From Bacteroidales bacterium (GTDB lineage Bacteria; Bacteroidota; Bacteroidia; Bacteroidales; VadinHA17), in contig JAFGXK010000154.1 in the NCBI GenBank assembly GCA_016936695.1, positions 1 to 35,988 on the forward strand: DNA of 35,988 nucleotides, read 5' to 3'. The position numbers and the translations under genes are program-made. The notes beneath the pieces were generated by a model, which did no database searches, had not been told where the DNA came from, and worked only from the letters and a program-made list of their open reading frames with translations. This document shows positions 18,804 through 26,816 of the stretch, piece after piece (position 1 is the stretch's first letter; the number at the start of each line of letters is the position of its first letter).

Positions 18804-19746
18804 GTTTTTCAGATATTTCCATCATTCTTATTATAGGCTTACGCGCTTTAGCAAGAACCCTGCTATTTATCCTAATCTCAGGTTCTTCATCTTTCAGGCA
18901 TCTGTATATCTTTTCCATAGTGATCATTTTCATGAAATTGCACTCGCTGCATCCGCATGTGGAATCTTTCGGAGGAGCGGGAATAAATTTCTTTCCAGGA
19001 TTCTTTTTAATCATCTGATGAATTATTCCAGGTTCCGTTGCCACTATATATGCAGGAGAATTGTCTGTGGATGTGAATTTCAGCAATGCAGAAGTTGAAC
19101 CGATGATATCGGCAATCATTCTTACAGGAAGTTCGCATTCAGGATGAACTATCACTTTTGCATCAGGATTCTCTTTTCTCAATTTCAGAATTGCCTCTAT
19201 CGAGAACTCCTCATGAACATGACATGCCCCGTTCCAGATTACCATGTCGCGGCCAGTTTTGTTCAGAATATAATTTCCAAGATTTCTGTCGGGACCAAAT
19301 AGTACTTTTTCTCCTTCCGGAAGAGATTCAATTATCTGAACAGCATTTGAAGAAGTGCAGGTAATATCGGAAAGAACCTTAATATCGATATTTGTATTTA
19401 CGTATGTTACAACGGTCCTTCCCGGATTATCCCTTATAAACTTTTTGAATTCGACCGGATCACATGAATCGGCCAGCGAGCATCCGGCATTCATGTCAGG
19501 TATAAGAACCTTTTTATCAGGCGCCAGTATTTTTGCCGTTTCAGCCATAAACCGTACACCTGCAAAAAGAATTATGTCTGCATCATTTGCTGCAGCTTTC
19601 TGCGACAGGGCAAGACTATCGCCTATGAAATCTGCTATATCCTGTATATCGCCGGTCTGGTAAAAATGAGCAAGAATTATTGCATTCTTCTTCTTTTTAA
19701 GCTCCATTATATTTGAGACCAGCTCCGTATTATCCTTTTCTCTCAT
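18793..19746 (-). CDS. nadA: Quinolinate synthase NadA
   Basis: 317-aa ORF with AHFYQTGDIQDIADFIGDSL, FAGVRFMAETAKIL, and Cys ligand contexts (GCSLADSC, ACHVHEEF, CSECNFMK). Confidence 0.93.
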   Translation of the reverse strand: MREKDNTELVSNIMELKKKKNAIILAHFYQTGDIQDIADFIGDSLALSQKAAANDADIILFAGVRFMAETAKILAPDKKVLIPDMNAGCSLADSCDPVEFKKFIRDNPGRTVVTYVNTNIDIKVLSDITCTSSNAVQIIESLPEGEKVLFGPDRNLGNYILNKTGRDMVIWNGACHVHEEFSIEAILKLRKENPDAKVIVHPECELPVRMIADIIGSTSALLKFTSTDNSPAYIVATEPGIIHQMIKKNPGKKFIPAPPKDSTCGCSECNFMKMITMEKIYRCLKDEEPEIRINSRVLAKARKPIIRMMEISEKLGL

Positions 19747-20298
19747 CTGCCCGCTATTCTAAAATTAAGTCGGTTTGATTATATTTGGATTTCTTTTCAA
19801 AAATAGCAACCAATTTCTTAAGTCACGTCATTTTATCACCCTGATATTTTTAATATTATTAACTATAGAAATTTTTATTATTTAATGGTTTTTATGATAT
19901 GCTGTTAATTGTGTTAAAACAAAAATCGTATTTGTCTTTTATTTCATGAAATTATTATCCGGCGAACATCTTTTCAACAGTTCAAAAAATATACCATTTT
20001 TGAATATCAGCAAATTAACGAAAATATTAACAACTGTTAAAACAAGGTTTCAAATGATGGTTGTTCAACAAAAAATCAAGTTTTGATGTTCATTAAAAGT
20101 TTACATATCCTGTTAATTCAATAAAAACTTTTTAAAAGAAAACGACGCCTGACGAAATTAACGACCGGTAGTTAATAAACATGATGTTATTAATAAAAAG
20201 AAACGGGGGATTAAGGGGTTGTTAACAATTGGTATGATACATTCAAGTCTTTAAAACTTCATAAGTTTTCTAATTAATACTGGTGTATATTACTTCAA

Positions 20299-20447
20299 GC
20301 CCCCAGGGTTGCTTTTACCCCCAAACCTCCCAGGGGGGCCTTTAAGAATCAGATATTGAATGTTTTGTAATATTTATAAATAAATCCGTCAATGAAGACG
20401 GATTTCAAGTCCCCCTTGGGAGATTTAGGGGTGGATTTCTGGGGGTA
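20299..20447. repeat. Imperfect inverted repeat, each arm about 37-42 nt and C5/G5-rich, flanking an AT-rich core with a perfect 9-bp hairpin (20382-20405)
   Basis: The left arm is gcccccagggttgcttttacccccaaacctcccaggggggcc. The reverse complement of the right arm is cccccagaaatccacccctaaatctcccaaggggg. The central hairpin is aaatccgtc-aatgaa-gacggattt. Confidence 0.6.
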
Positions 20448-20563
20448 GCTTCAATGGGTAGCACATGGGTTCATATAAAAATTAAAAGATAAAATCATAT
20501 TATTTTCTTTTGTCTGTTCAATTGTTTTAATTTAGTGCCTTTGTCACACTTAAAACAAATAAG

Positions 20564-21013
20564 GTGAAAAAAAAGAAAATTGCCATCGCTTCCGATCATG
20601 CAGGTTTTTATCTGAAGGAGAAGATCATCGGTTACCTCATGAAAAGCAATCTTGAAATCAAGGATTTAGGCAGTCATAAGTATGAGGAATTGGATGATTA
20701 TCCCGATTTCGGACATCCGCTGGCCCTTGCTGTGGCTAACGGTGATTGTGACCTTGGAATTTCAATATGCGGGACAGGAAACGGAATAAACATGACAGTC
20801 AACAAGCATCAGGGTATCAGAAGCGCTATTTGCTGGAACGAAGAGATTGCCAAGCTTGCAAGGAAACATAATGATGCAAATATTTGTGCTCTTCCGGCAA
20901 GGTTCATTAACGAGTCGGAGGCTTTTCTGATTGTCAGGGAATTTATTGAAACGGATTTTGATGGCGGACGGCATGAAAGAAGGATCAATAAGATCACTTT
21001 CAAAATGTATTGA
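20564..21013 (+). CDS. rpiB: Ribose-5-phosphate isomerase B (RpiB/LacA/LacB family)
   Basis: 149-aa ORF with a GTG start. Motifs are IAIASDHAGFYLKEKI, CGTGNGINMTVNKHQGIRSAICW and RHERRINKI. Confidence 0.9.
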   Translation: MKKKKIAIASDHAGFYLKEKIIGYLMKSNLEIKDLGSHKYEELDDYPDFGHPLALAVANGDCDLGISICGTGNGINMTVNKHQGIRSAICWNEEIAKLARKHNDANICALPARFINESEAFLIVREFIETDFDGGRHERRINKITFKMY

Positions 21014-21452
21014 TCTGCTGTCAAACTCCTGCAAATACGGAATCAGGGCTGTAGTATACCTCGCAAGCAGGCATACAAAAAACAATATTGGAATCAGGGA
21101 GATATCAAAGGACCTTGATCTGCCTTCTCCTTTTCTGGCAAAAATCATGCAGCAGCTCGCAAAACATAAGATTCTTAATTCGGTAAAGGGACCTAACGGC
21201 GGATTCTCCCTTAAGAAAAAGCCGGAATCGATTACGATGCTTGATATTGTAAAGATCATCGACGGGGACAATCTGTTTAAAAATTGCCTGATTCACGACG
21301 GTGCCTGCTATGATGTGAAGAAAAGCAGGAAAGCATGCCCCGTTCATGATGATTATTCGATAATACGTTCTAATATTGTTAAACTGTTCAGGAGCAAGAC
21401 AATAGCTGATCTGGCCAGGGCTGCCGATACATCAGACAATATTGTCATCTGA
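20973..21452 (+). CDS. Rrf2 family transcriptional regulator
   Basis: N-terminal winged-helix signature SCKYGIRAVVYLAS...IREISKDLDLPSPFLAKIMQQLAKHKILNSVKGPNGGFSL. The start is uncertain. I use the ATG at 20973, which overlaps the rpiB end by 41 bp. Confidence 0.78.
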   Translation: MKEGSIRSLSKCIDLLSNSCKYGIRAVVYLASRHTKNNIGIREISKDLDLPSPFLAKIMQQLAKHKILNSVKGPNGGFSLKKKPESITMLDIVKIIDGDNLFKNCLIHDGACYDVKKSRKACPVHDDYSIIRSNIVKLFRSKTIADLARAADTSDNIVI

Positions 21453-21824
21453 TTTTTTCCTTTTATAGTAAGGATCGTAGAAAAGCCACAGACAAACTGC
21501 AGTGGCCGTACCTGCCGTATTGAACATTATATCCAAGACATCAGCCTTGCGGGTTTCTGTGAACCCCGATTGGGCAAACTCAAGCATGGCACCAAAGAAA
21601 ACAGGGATAAGCGCCACTATAATTATCTGACGGGTGTTTGAAAAAAGATGGCGATGCTCAAGAATAATAACACCCATGAACAGAAAATAAAGGCCGAAAT
21701 GCACAAATTTGTCAAGATATTTTATATCGAAAAAACCTGCCTTTTCAAAAGTGCTTGCATTGGCAAGGCTCAGATATAAAATAAGAAGAGAAATCAGGAT
21801 CGAAAATTTATTCTTCTGTATCAT
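21432..21824 (-). CDS. VanZ-like family membrane protein
   Basis: Small multi-TM protein with DKFVHFGLYFLFMG and DVLDIMFNTAGT motifs. I prefer the ATG at 21824 (MIQKNKFSIL...) over 21893, which would leave only 5 bp to the divergent hemW. Confidence 0.6.
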   Translation of the reverse strand: MIQKNKFSILISLLILYLSLANASTFEKAGFFDIKYLDKFVHFGLYFLFMGVIILEHRHLFSNTRQIIIVALIPVFFGAMLEFAQSGFTETRKADVLDIMFNTAGTATAVCLWLFYDPYYKRKKSDDNIV

Positions 21825-21898
21825 ATTGACAGTTTGGGTCAAAAATAGACAATAGAATGATATTTTCTTTATAATTTTAAACGATTCATACAATCAAA

Positions 21899-23035
21899 AT
21901 GGCAGGCATATATATACATATCCCCTTTTGCAAAAAGCTGTGTTCGTATTGTGACTTTTACCATATAATATCACATTCGGATAACAAACAATATATTGAC
22001 GCCCTCAATCGCGAAGCTTTCATGCGACGCGATTACCTTGGAAACCAGACAGTTTCAACCATCTATATCGGTGGCGGGACGCCATCTGTGCTTGAGCCCC
22101 CGGAAATAAAAAGCATTCTCGATAATATTACCAGGAATTTCGGTGTTGACGAAAATCCTGAGGTTACAATAGAACTCAATCCCGACGACGTTAATGACGA
22201 CTTTCTGGATGGGCTGAAAAAGACAATTGTCAACCGGATAAGCATAGGTATTCAGTCATGGAGGGATAAGGACCTTAAGTTCATGAACAGGCGTCATACG
22301 GCCTCCGCGGCAGCAATAGCCCTCGATAAGATATTCGATGCAGGATATGAAAATGTTACAATCGATCTTATTTACGGAATACCTGGTATGTTTGCCGCTG
22401 ACTGGTCTTCAAACCTTGATATAAGCTTCTCATACAACATTAAACACCTGTCGGCCTATCATCTTACAATAGAACCGGGTACCATGCTCGGTAAAATGAA
22501 AGAGAAGGGAGCCCTGTCGGAAATTGATGAGAATGAAAGCGCTTCACAGTTTCAGCTTCTTATTGATAAAGCGCGGGCTGCCGGGTTCATTCATTATGAA
22601 ATTTCAAATTTCGGGTTACCCGGATTTCTCTCCATCCATAATTCGAATTACTGGAAGCAGGTCAGTTACCTTGGCCTGGGTCCTTCGGCCCATTCCTTTA
22701 ACGGCTATTCGCGGCAATGGAATGTAAGGGATGTAAAGAAATACATAAAGGCCGTCGATTCTGGCTGTCTTGATTTTGATATTGAGGAACTCGACAAAAA
22801 AACACGTTTCAATGAATATATCATGACCTCACTGCGAACCATGTGGGGCATCAGCCTTGATTATGTCGAGGAGGCATTTGACAAGGAGGGTTATGATTAT
22901 ATAAAGAATCTTTCAGGCAAGTTTATTGACTATGGACTGATGAAACAGGAAAAAAATACCCTGGTCCTTACGAACCAGGGTAAAATGATTTCCGATAATA
23001 TTATCTCCGAACTTATGCTTCCCGTTGATAAGTGA
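21899..23035 (+). CDS. hemW: Radical SAM family heme chaperone HemW (oxygen-independent coproporphyrinogen oxidase-like)
   Basis: 378-aa ORF with the CxxxCxxC motif in HIPFCKKLCSYCDFY. Its length and the C-terminal HemN_C-like region fit the family. Confidence 0.85.
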   Translation: MAGIYIHIPFCKKLCSYCDFYHIISHSDNKQYIDALNREAFMRRDYLGNQTVSTIYIGGGTPSVLEPPEIKSILDNITRNFGVDENPEVTIELNPDDVNDDFLDGLKKTIVNRISIGIQSWRDKDLKFMNRRHTASAAAIALDKIFDAGYENVTIDLIYGIPGMFAADWSSNLDISFSYNIKHLSAYHLTIEPGTMLGKMKEKGALSEIDENESASQFQLLIDKARAAGFIHYEISNFGLPGFLSIHNSNYWKQVSYLGLGPSAHSFNGYSRQWNVRDVKKYIKAVDSGCLDFDIEELDKKTRFNEYIMTSLRTMWGISLDYVEEAFDKEGYDYIKNLSGKFIDYGLMKQEKNTLVLTNQGKMISDNIISELMLPVDK

Positions 23036-23941
23036 TTATCTCCTTGCCAGGGCAAAGGTTGTCCGGCCGATTATGTTATTCTCAAGATACAGCTCTACAC
23101 TGTAGGTGCCTTCGATAAAGTCTCCCGTATTATCAAGGAAAATGCACATTTCAATGTCCTGGTTCATGTAATCGACCAGACGGGTTGCCGAGTAAACGAG
23201 CTTGTCGCCGTTAAAGTCGAACAGATTATCGGGACTTGTGGTGATTACCAATGAATCGGGCCTGATAATCCTCATGAACACTTCTTTTTCACCGGCTGTT
23301 GCGATTGGATTTTCCCGGAGTGTGAAGCAGATCCTGAGCTTGTCGATGTTGTTTATCCTGTTTGTTTCCTTTCTTTTTTTGTTCAGGGTTACCGCACTAA
23401 TGTCTTTAGCCTGAATCACTGAGGCAACACTGACTTTCGAAGTGAGTTCCTCCTTGACTTTGGTAAGTTCCACATTCGAATTCTGAACTTCGGTTATCTG
23501 CTCCCTGAAGCCGACATTTTCAGCCATAAGCTGCTGATTCATCGTGTTGAGGGAATCTATCTGAACAATGTAACCTTTCATAATGTCGCGCATTGTCCCT
23601 ATTTCAGCCCTGTATTTCTTGAGCAGTTGAACGTTTGATGCATTTATCGATAGTAACTGCACGATTCGATCTTTCTCCTTCTGCAGATTTGCCATCAGGG
23701 TATCATTGTCTGTCTTAAGAGTGTCATACCCATGGACCATGAGCCTTAGTTCATTGGCCAGAGAGTCTTTTTCCTGGGTCAGTACCGTCTCTATTTCAAC
23801 CATCTTGTTCTTTTGGTCGAAGTACATCACAACCAGAAATATAAGAGCTGCCGCCAGAATAACTGTAGTAAAGATCATGGCTATTGGCGCACTTTTTTTC
23901 TGTGGCTGTTCTACCGGGGTGAAAGTGTCTGTGTCTGTCAT
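23036..23941 (-). CDS. Hypothetical membrane-anchored coiled-coil protein
   Basis: 301-aa ORF with one N-terminal TM segment (IAMIFTTVILAAALIFLVVMYF), a coiled coil of about 150 aa and a C-terminal beta-rich domain. I do not recognise a family. Confidence 0.55.
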   Translation of the reverse strand: MTDTDTFTPVEQPQKKSAPIAMIFTTVILAAALIFLVVMYFDQKNKMVEIETVLTQEKDSLANELRLMVHGYDTLKTDNDTLMANLQKEKDRIVQLLSINASNVQLLKKYRAEIGTMRDIMKGYIVQIDSLNTMNQQLMAENVGFREQITEVQNSNVELTKVKEELTSKVSVASVIQAKDISAVTLNKKRKETNRINNIDKLRICFTLRENPIATAGEKEVFMRIIRPDSLVITTSPDNLFDFNGDKLVYSATRLVDYMNQDIEMCIFLDNTGDFIEGTYSVELYLENNIIGRTTFALARR

Positions 23942-24070
23942 TTATTTACCTGTATTTGAATAAATAATAATACAAAAGTAATAATAACATTCAAATAATT
24001 ATTAAAATCCGTTTCAATGATTAATTTTACCACAGATTCATATGTTTATAAGTAATTATCTATCAGTAAT

Positions 24071-25474
24071 ATGAGTGGGTTTTTTGGTATTGTTTCGAAG
24101 AACGATTGCGTTGCAGAAGTATTTTATGGTACCGATTATCATTCGCATCTGGGTACAAAAAGGGCCGGAATGGTTTTTATTGTCCCAGGAAAAGGGTTCC
24201 GACGCTCAATCCATAGTATCGAAAATGCCTATTTCAGGAGTAAGTTTGAGGAGGAACTGGGTGATTTCTCAGGAAATTCAGGAATGGGAATAATAAGCGA
24301 TACCGATCCCCAACCCATACTTTTCAATTCCCATCTCGGGCGGTTTGCAATTGTAACAGTCAGCCGCGTTCTTAACCTGGAAGAGCTGGAGGACAGATTC
24401 CTTAACAGACGAAATCATTTTACTGAGAACTTCGAGGGCAACATTAATCCGACTGAAGTTGTGGCAAACCTTATTATAGAGAAGGATAATTTTGTTGAAG
24501 GCATTGAAAATGTGTTTGAAAATGTCAGGGGATCCTGTTCGCTTATGATACTTACTGAAAATGGGATCATTGCTGCAAGGGACAAGCTTGGCAGAACTCC
24601 GGTAGTAATCGGCAGGAATGAACAGGGTCATGCGGTGGCGATTGAAACATGCTCTTTTCCAAATACCGGCTATGAAACTGAATATTTCCTTGGTCCGGGC
24701 GAAATAGTGCATGTTAATGCTGATGGTTATTCAAGGCTGAAGGAACCAGGCGACAGGTTGCAGATATGCGCATTCCTATGGGTGTATTATGGCTACCCGC
24801 CTTCGTATTATGAGGGGATAAATGTTGATGAATGCCGCCAGAGATGCGGGGCAGCGCTTGCCAGAAGAGATGATGTAGAGGTTGATTTCGCCAGCGGTAT
24901 TCCTGATTCCGGCGTAGGACATGCCATGGGTTACAGCAACGAGAAAAGGATACCGTATAAAAGGGCATATACAAAATACACTCCTACATGGCCAAGGAGT
25001 TTCATGCCCCAGAGGCAGGAGCAAAGGGATCTTGTGGCAAAAATGAAGCTGATTCCCAACAGGGAGGTCATCGAAGGCAAGAAAATGGTATTCCTCGACG
25101 ACAGTATTGTCCGGGGTACTCAGCTGAAGGACAATACAATTGATCTCAGAAAATCGGGCGCCGTGAAAGTGCATATGCGCATTGCCTGTCCGCCTCTCCT
25201 TTTTCCCTGCGAATTTCTGAATTTCTCACAGTCGCGGACTCCGATGGAGCTTGCCGGAAGAAAGGCAATTTACCTTCTCGAGGGCGAAACAACCGACCTT
25301 AAGGAATATTCCGATCCCGACTCGGAAAAGTACGCTAAAATGATCGATAAGATTGCTGAAATGCTCGATCTCGACAGCCTTATGTACCAGAGGCTCGACG
25401 ACCTTGTCAGGGCTATCGGACTGCCCAAGGAAAAGCTCTGTACGCATTGCTGGGACGGAAGCGGATATTTTTAG
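24071..25474 (+). CDS. Amidophosphoribosyltransferase-like protein (PurF paralog type with Ser in place of the N-terminal Cys)
   Basis: 467-aa ORF with an Ntn-amidotransferase-like N-terminus MSGFFGIV, the PRPP-binding motif MVFLDDSIVRGTQL, and a C-terminal Cys pair CTHCWDG. Confidence 0.8.
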   Translation: MSGFFGIVSKNDCVAEVFYGTDYHSHLGTKRAGMVFIVPGKGFRRSIHSIENAYFRSKFEEELGDFSGNSGMGIISDTDPQPILFNSHLGRFAIVTVSRVLNLEELEDRFLNRRNHFTENFEGNINPTEVVANLIIEKDNFVEGIENVFENVRGSCSLMILTENGIIAARDKLGRTPVVIGRNEQGHAVAIETCSFPNTGYETEYFLGPGEIVHVNADGYSRLKEPGDRLQICAFLWVYYGYPPSYYEGINVDECRQRCGAALARRDDVEVDFASGIPDSGVGHAMGYSNEKRIPYKRAYTKYTPTWPRSFMPQRQEQRDLVAKMKLIPNREVIEGKKMVFLDDSIVRGTQLKDNTIDLRKSGAVKVHMRIACPPLLFPCEFLNFSQSRTPMELAGRKAIYLLEGETTDLKEYSDPDSEKYAKMIDKIAEMLDLDSLMYQRLDDLVRAIGLPKEKLCTHCWDGSGYF

Positions 25475-25475
25475 C

Positions 25476-25571
25476 GGTATGCGGTACGAGGTACGAGGTA
25501 TGCGTTGAAGTTCACGCCTTTACCCCTTTACGCCTTTACGCCTTTACGCCTTTACGCCTTTACGCCTTTCT
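25476..25571. repeat. Two adjacent short tandem repeat arrays that fill a convergent intergenic gap: 4 x 7 bp (25476-25503) and 7 x 8 bp (25516-25571)
   Basis: The first array is GGTATGC GGTACGA GGTACGA GGTATGC. A 12-bp linker follows. The second array is GCCTTTAC CCCTTTAC GCCTTTAC x4 GCCTTTCT. Confidence 0.9.
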
Positions 25572-26363
25572 TCACCCCATTCTTTCCCTGATCAGCTTCT
25601 CAGTCTCCGGTTCTTTAAGTTTCTTTTTCGTTTCTTTGTATCCGATGTTATAAACCTCGATTGCTTTCTCGGGATCAAGGATCTTGTATTTCCTGAGTTC
25701 TTCGGGAGCTATAAAGATATCAAATTTGGAGGCTTTGAGTTCGACTTCCTTGGTCATGTTCAGGATGAAGCTGCGCTCGGCGATCTGAACCATGCTGGTG
25801 ACAGTCTTTTCATAACCGGCCGGATTGACGAAGGAGCCTATGATAAAACTGCAGTTATCCTCAATGGGTCTTACCGGAAGATTGTCCATAACTCCCCCGT
25901 CGACATAATGTATATCGTCAATAATAACCGGCTTGAAGAGAACCGGGATGCTTGCCGAAGCAATCACTGGTCTGAGAAGCTCTCCTTCACAAAAATACCT
26001 GGCCCGGCCGTTGTTAAGGTCGGTGGCGGTCACAAAAAGCGGCATGGACAGATCCTCGAATGTTGAGGCTTTAAGGTTTTCCTGTAGAATACGTTCAATG
26101 CCGGAAATCTGAAGCAGGCCTTCGCGAGGGACCGTCGGCCTTACGTAGTGAAGCATGCTCGATGAATTCATGATCTGGAGGATCTCTTCCGGCCTGTGAC
26201 CATCGGCATAGAGCACTCCTACCAGAGCTCCCGCACTGGTTCCCGAAACAACATCGGGAAAGATCCCTGCATCATTGAGAGCCTGGAGAACACCGAGATG
26301 TGCAAATCCCCTTGCCCCGCCCCCGCTTAGAACAACTCCTGTCCTGTATTTCTTCTTCTCCAT
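25572..26363 (-). CDS. Patatin-like phospholipase
   Basis: 263-aa ORF with the oxyanion motif SGGGARGFAHLGV, the nucleophile motif GTSAGA and the catalytic Asp context VDGGVMDNLP. Confidence 0.88.
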   Translation of the reverse strand: MEKKKYRTGVVLSGGGARGFAHLGVLQALNDAGIFPDVVSGTSAGALVGVLYADGHRPEEILQIMNSSSMLHYVRPTVPREGLLQISGIERILQENLKASTFEDLSMPLFVTATDLNNGRARYFCEGELLRPVIASASIPVLFKPVIIDDIHYVDGGVMDNLPVRPIEDNCSFIIGSFVNPAGYEKTVTSMVQIAERSFILNMTKEVELKASKFDIFIAPEELRKYKILDPEKAIEVYNIGYKETKKKLKEPETEKLIRERMG

Positions 26364-26455
26364 TTATCAGCTGTGATAGTATAGTAAGAGGCAATGCAAA
26401 TATAATCAATGATAATTTAGTGCCGGCATAATCCGGCGTATTTGCGATTATTCAT

Positions 26456-26463
26456 TAATTTTG
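26456..26463 (+). promoter_or_regulatory. Bacteroidota-type -7 promoter box TAATTTTG upstream of the yciI-like/GH cluster
   Basis: Exact TAnnTTTG match 30 nt upstream of the ATG at 26493. Confidence 0.35.
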
Positions 26464-26492
26464 AATGCACACTAATTTAATACAATACATCT

Positions 26493-26786
26493 ATGCAGTT
26501 TCTTCTTGTTGCCTATGACGGAACCGATCAGGGTGCCCTTGAAAGAAGAATGAAAGTACGTCAGGAACATCTCGAAAAGATAGCCCTGCTGAAGAAGAAG
26601 GGAAATTTCCTCCTGGGAGGTGCTATCCTCGACGACAACCAGACAATGATCGGGTCGATGATAGTTTATGAATTCCCCGACCGGAAAGCTCTTGACGAAA
26701 GCCTCCTTGATGAACCTTATATAACAAAGGGCGTATGGAAGAAGGTCGATATCAGACCTTACCGTCTGGCCCATATTGAGATCTGA
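26493..26786 (+). CDS. YciI family protein
   Basis: 97-aa ORF starting MQFLLVAYDGTD...RQEHLEKIALLKKKGNFLLGGAILDD...DEPYITKGVWKKVDIRPY. This matches the YciI-like pattern. The antisense 119-aa ORF is rejected. Confidence 0.8.
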   Translation: MQFLLVAYDGTDQGALERRMKVRQEHLEKIALLKKKGNFLLGGAILDDNQTMIGSMIVYEFPDRKALDESLLDEPYITKGVWKKVDIRPYRLAHIEI

Positions 26787-26816
26787 CCCAAGAATTAACT
26801 CATTAAAATACAGAAA

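Noticed and set aside
20299-20447. nadA-motif (NAD+ class I) riboswitch, because two similar C/G-rich domains lie near nadA
   Set aside because: The element is more than 550 nt from the nadA start. The two domains are inverted rather than tandem direct copies. I cannot confirm the consensus from memory, so an Rfam scan is needed for a definitive answer.
19747-20563. Replication origin or prophage/island remnant in the AT-rich nadA-rpiB spacer
   Set aside because: There are no DnaA-box matches beyond one weak TTATCACCC at 19834-19842. There are no integrase, tRNA or direct-repeat boundaries. A long divergent promoter region with a small inserted element is the simpler reading.
25447-25653. 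68-aa ORF with a repeated FTPLRLYA peptide
   Set aside because: The repeat peptide is just the 8-bp microsatellite read in frame. The ORF also overlaps the ends of two well-supported convergent genes.
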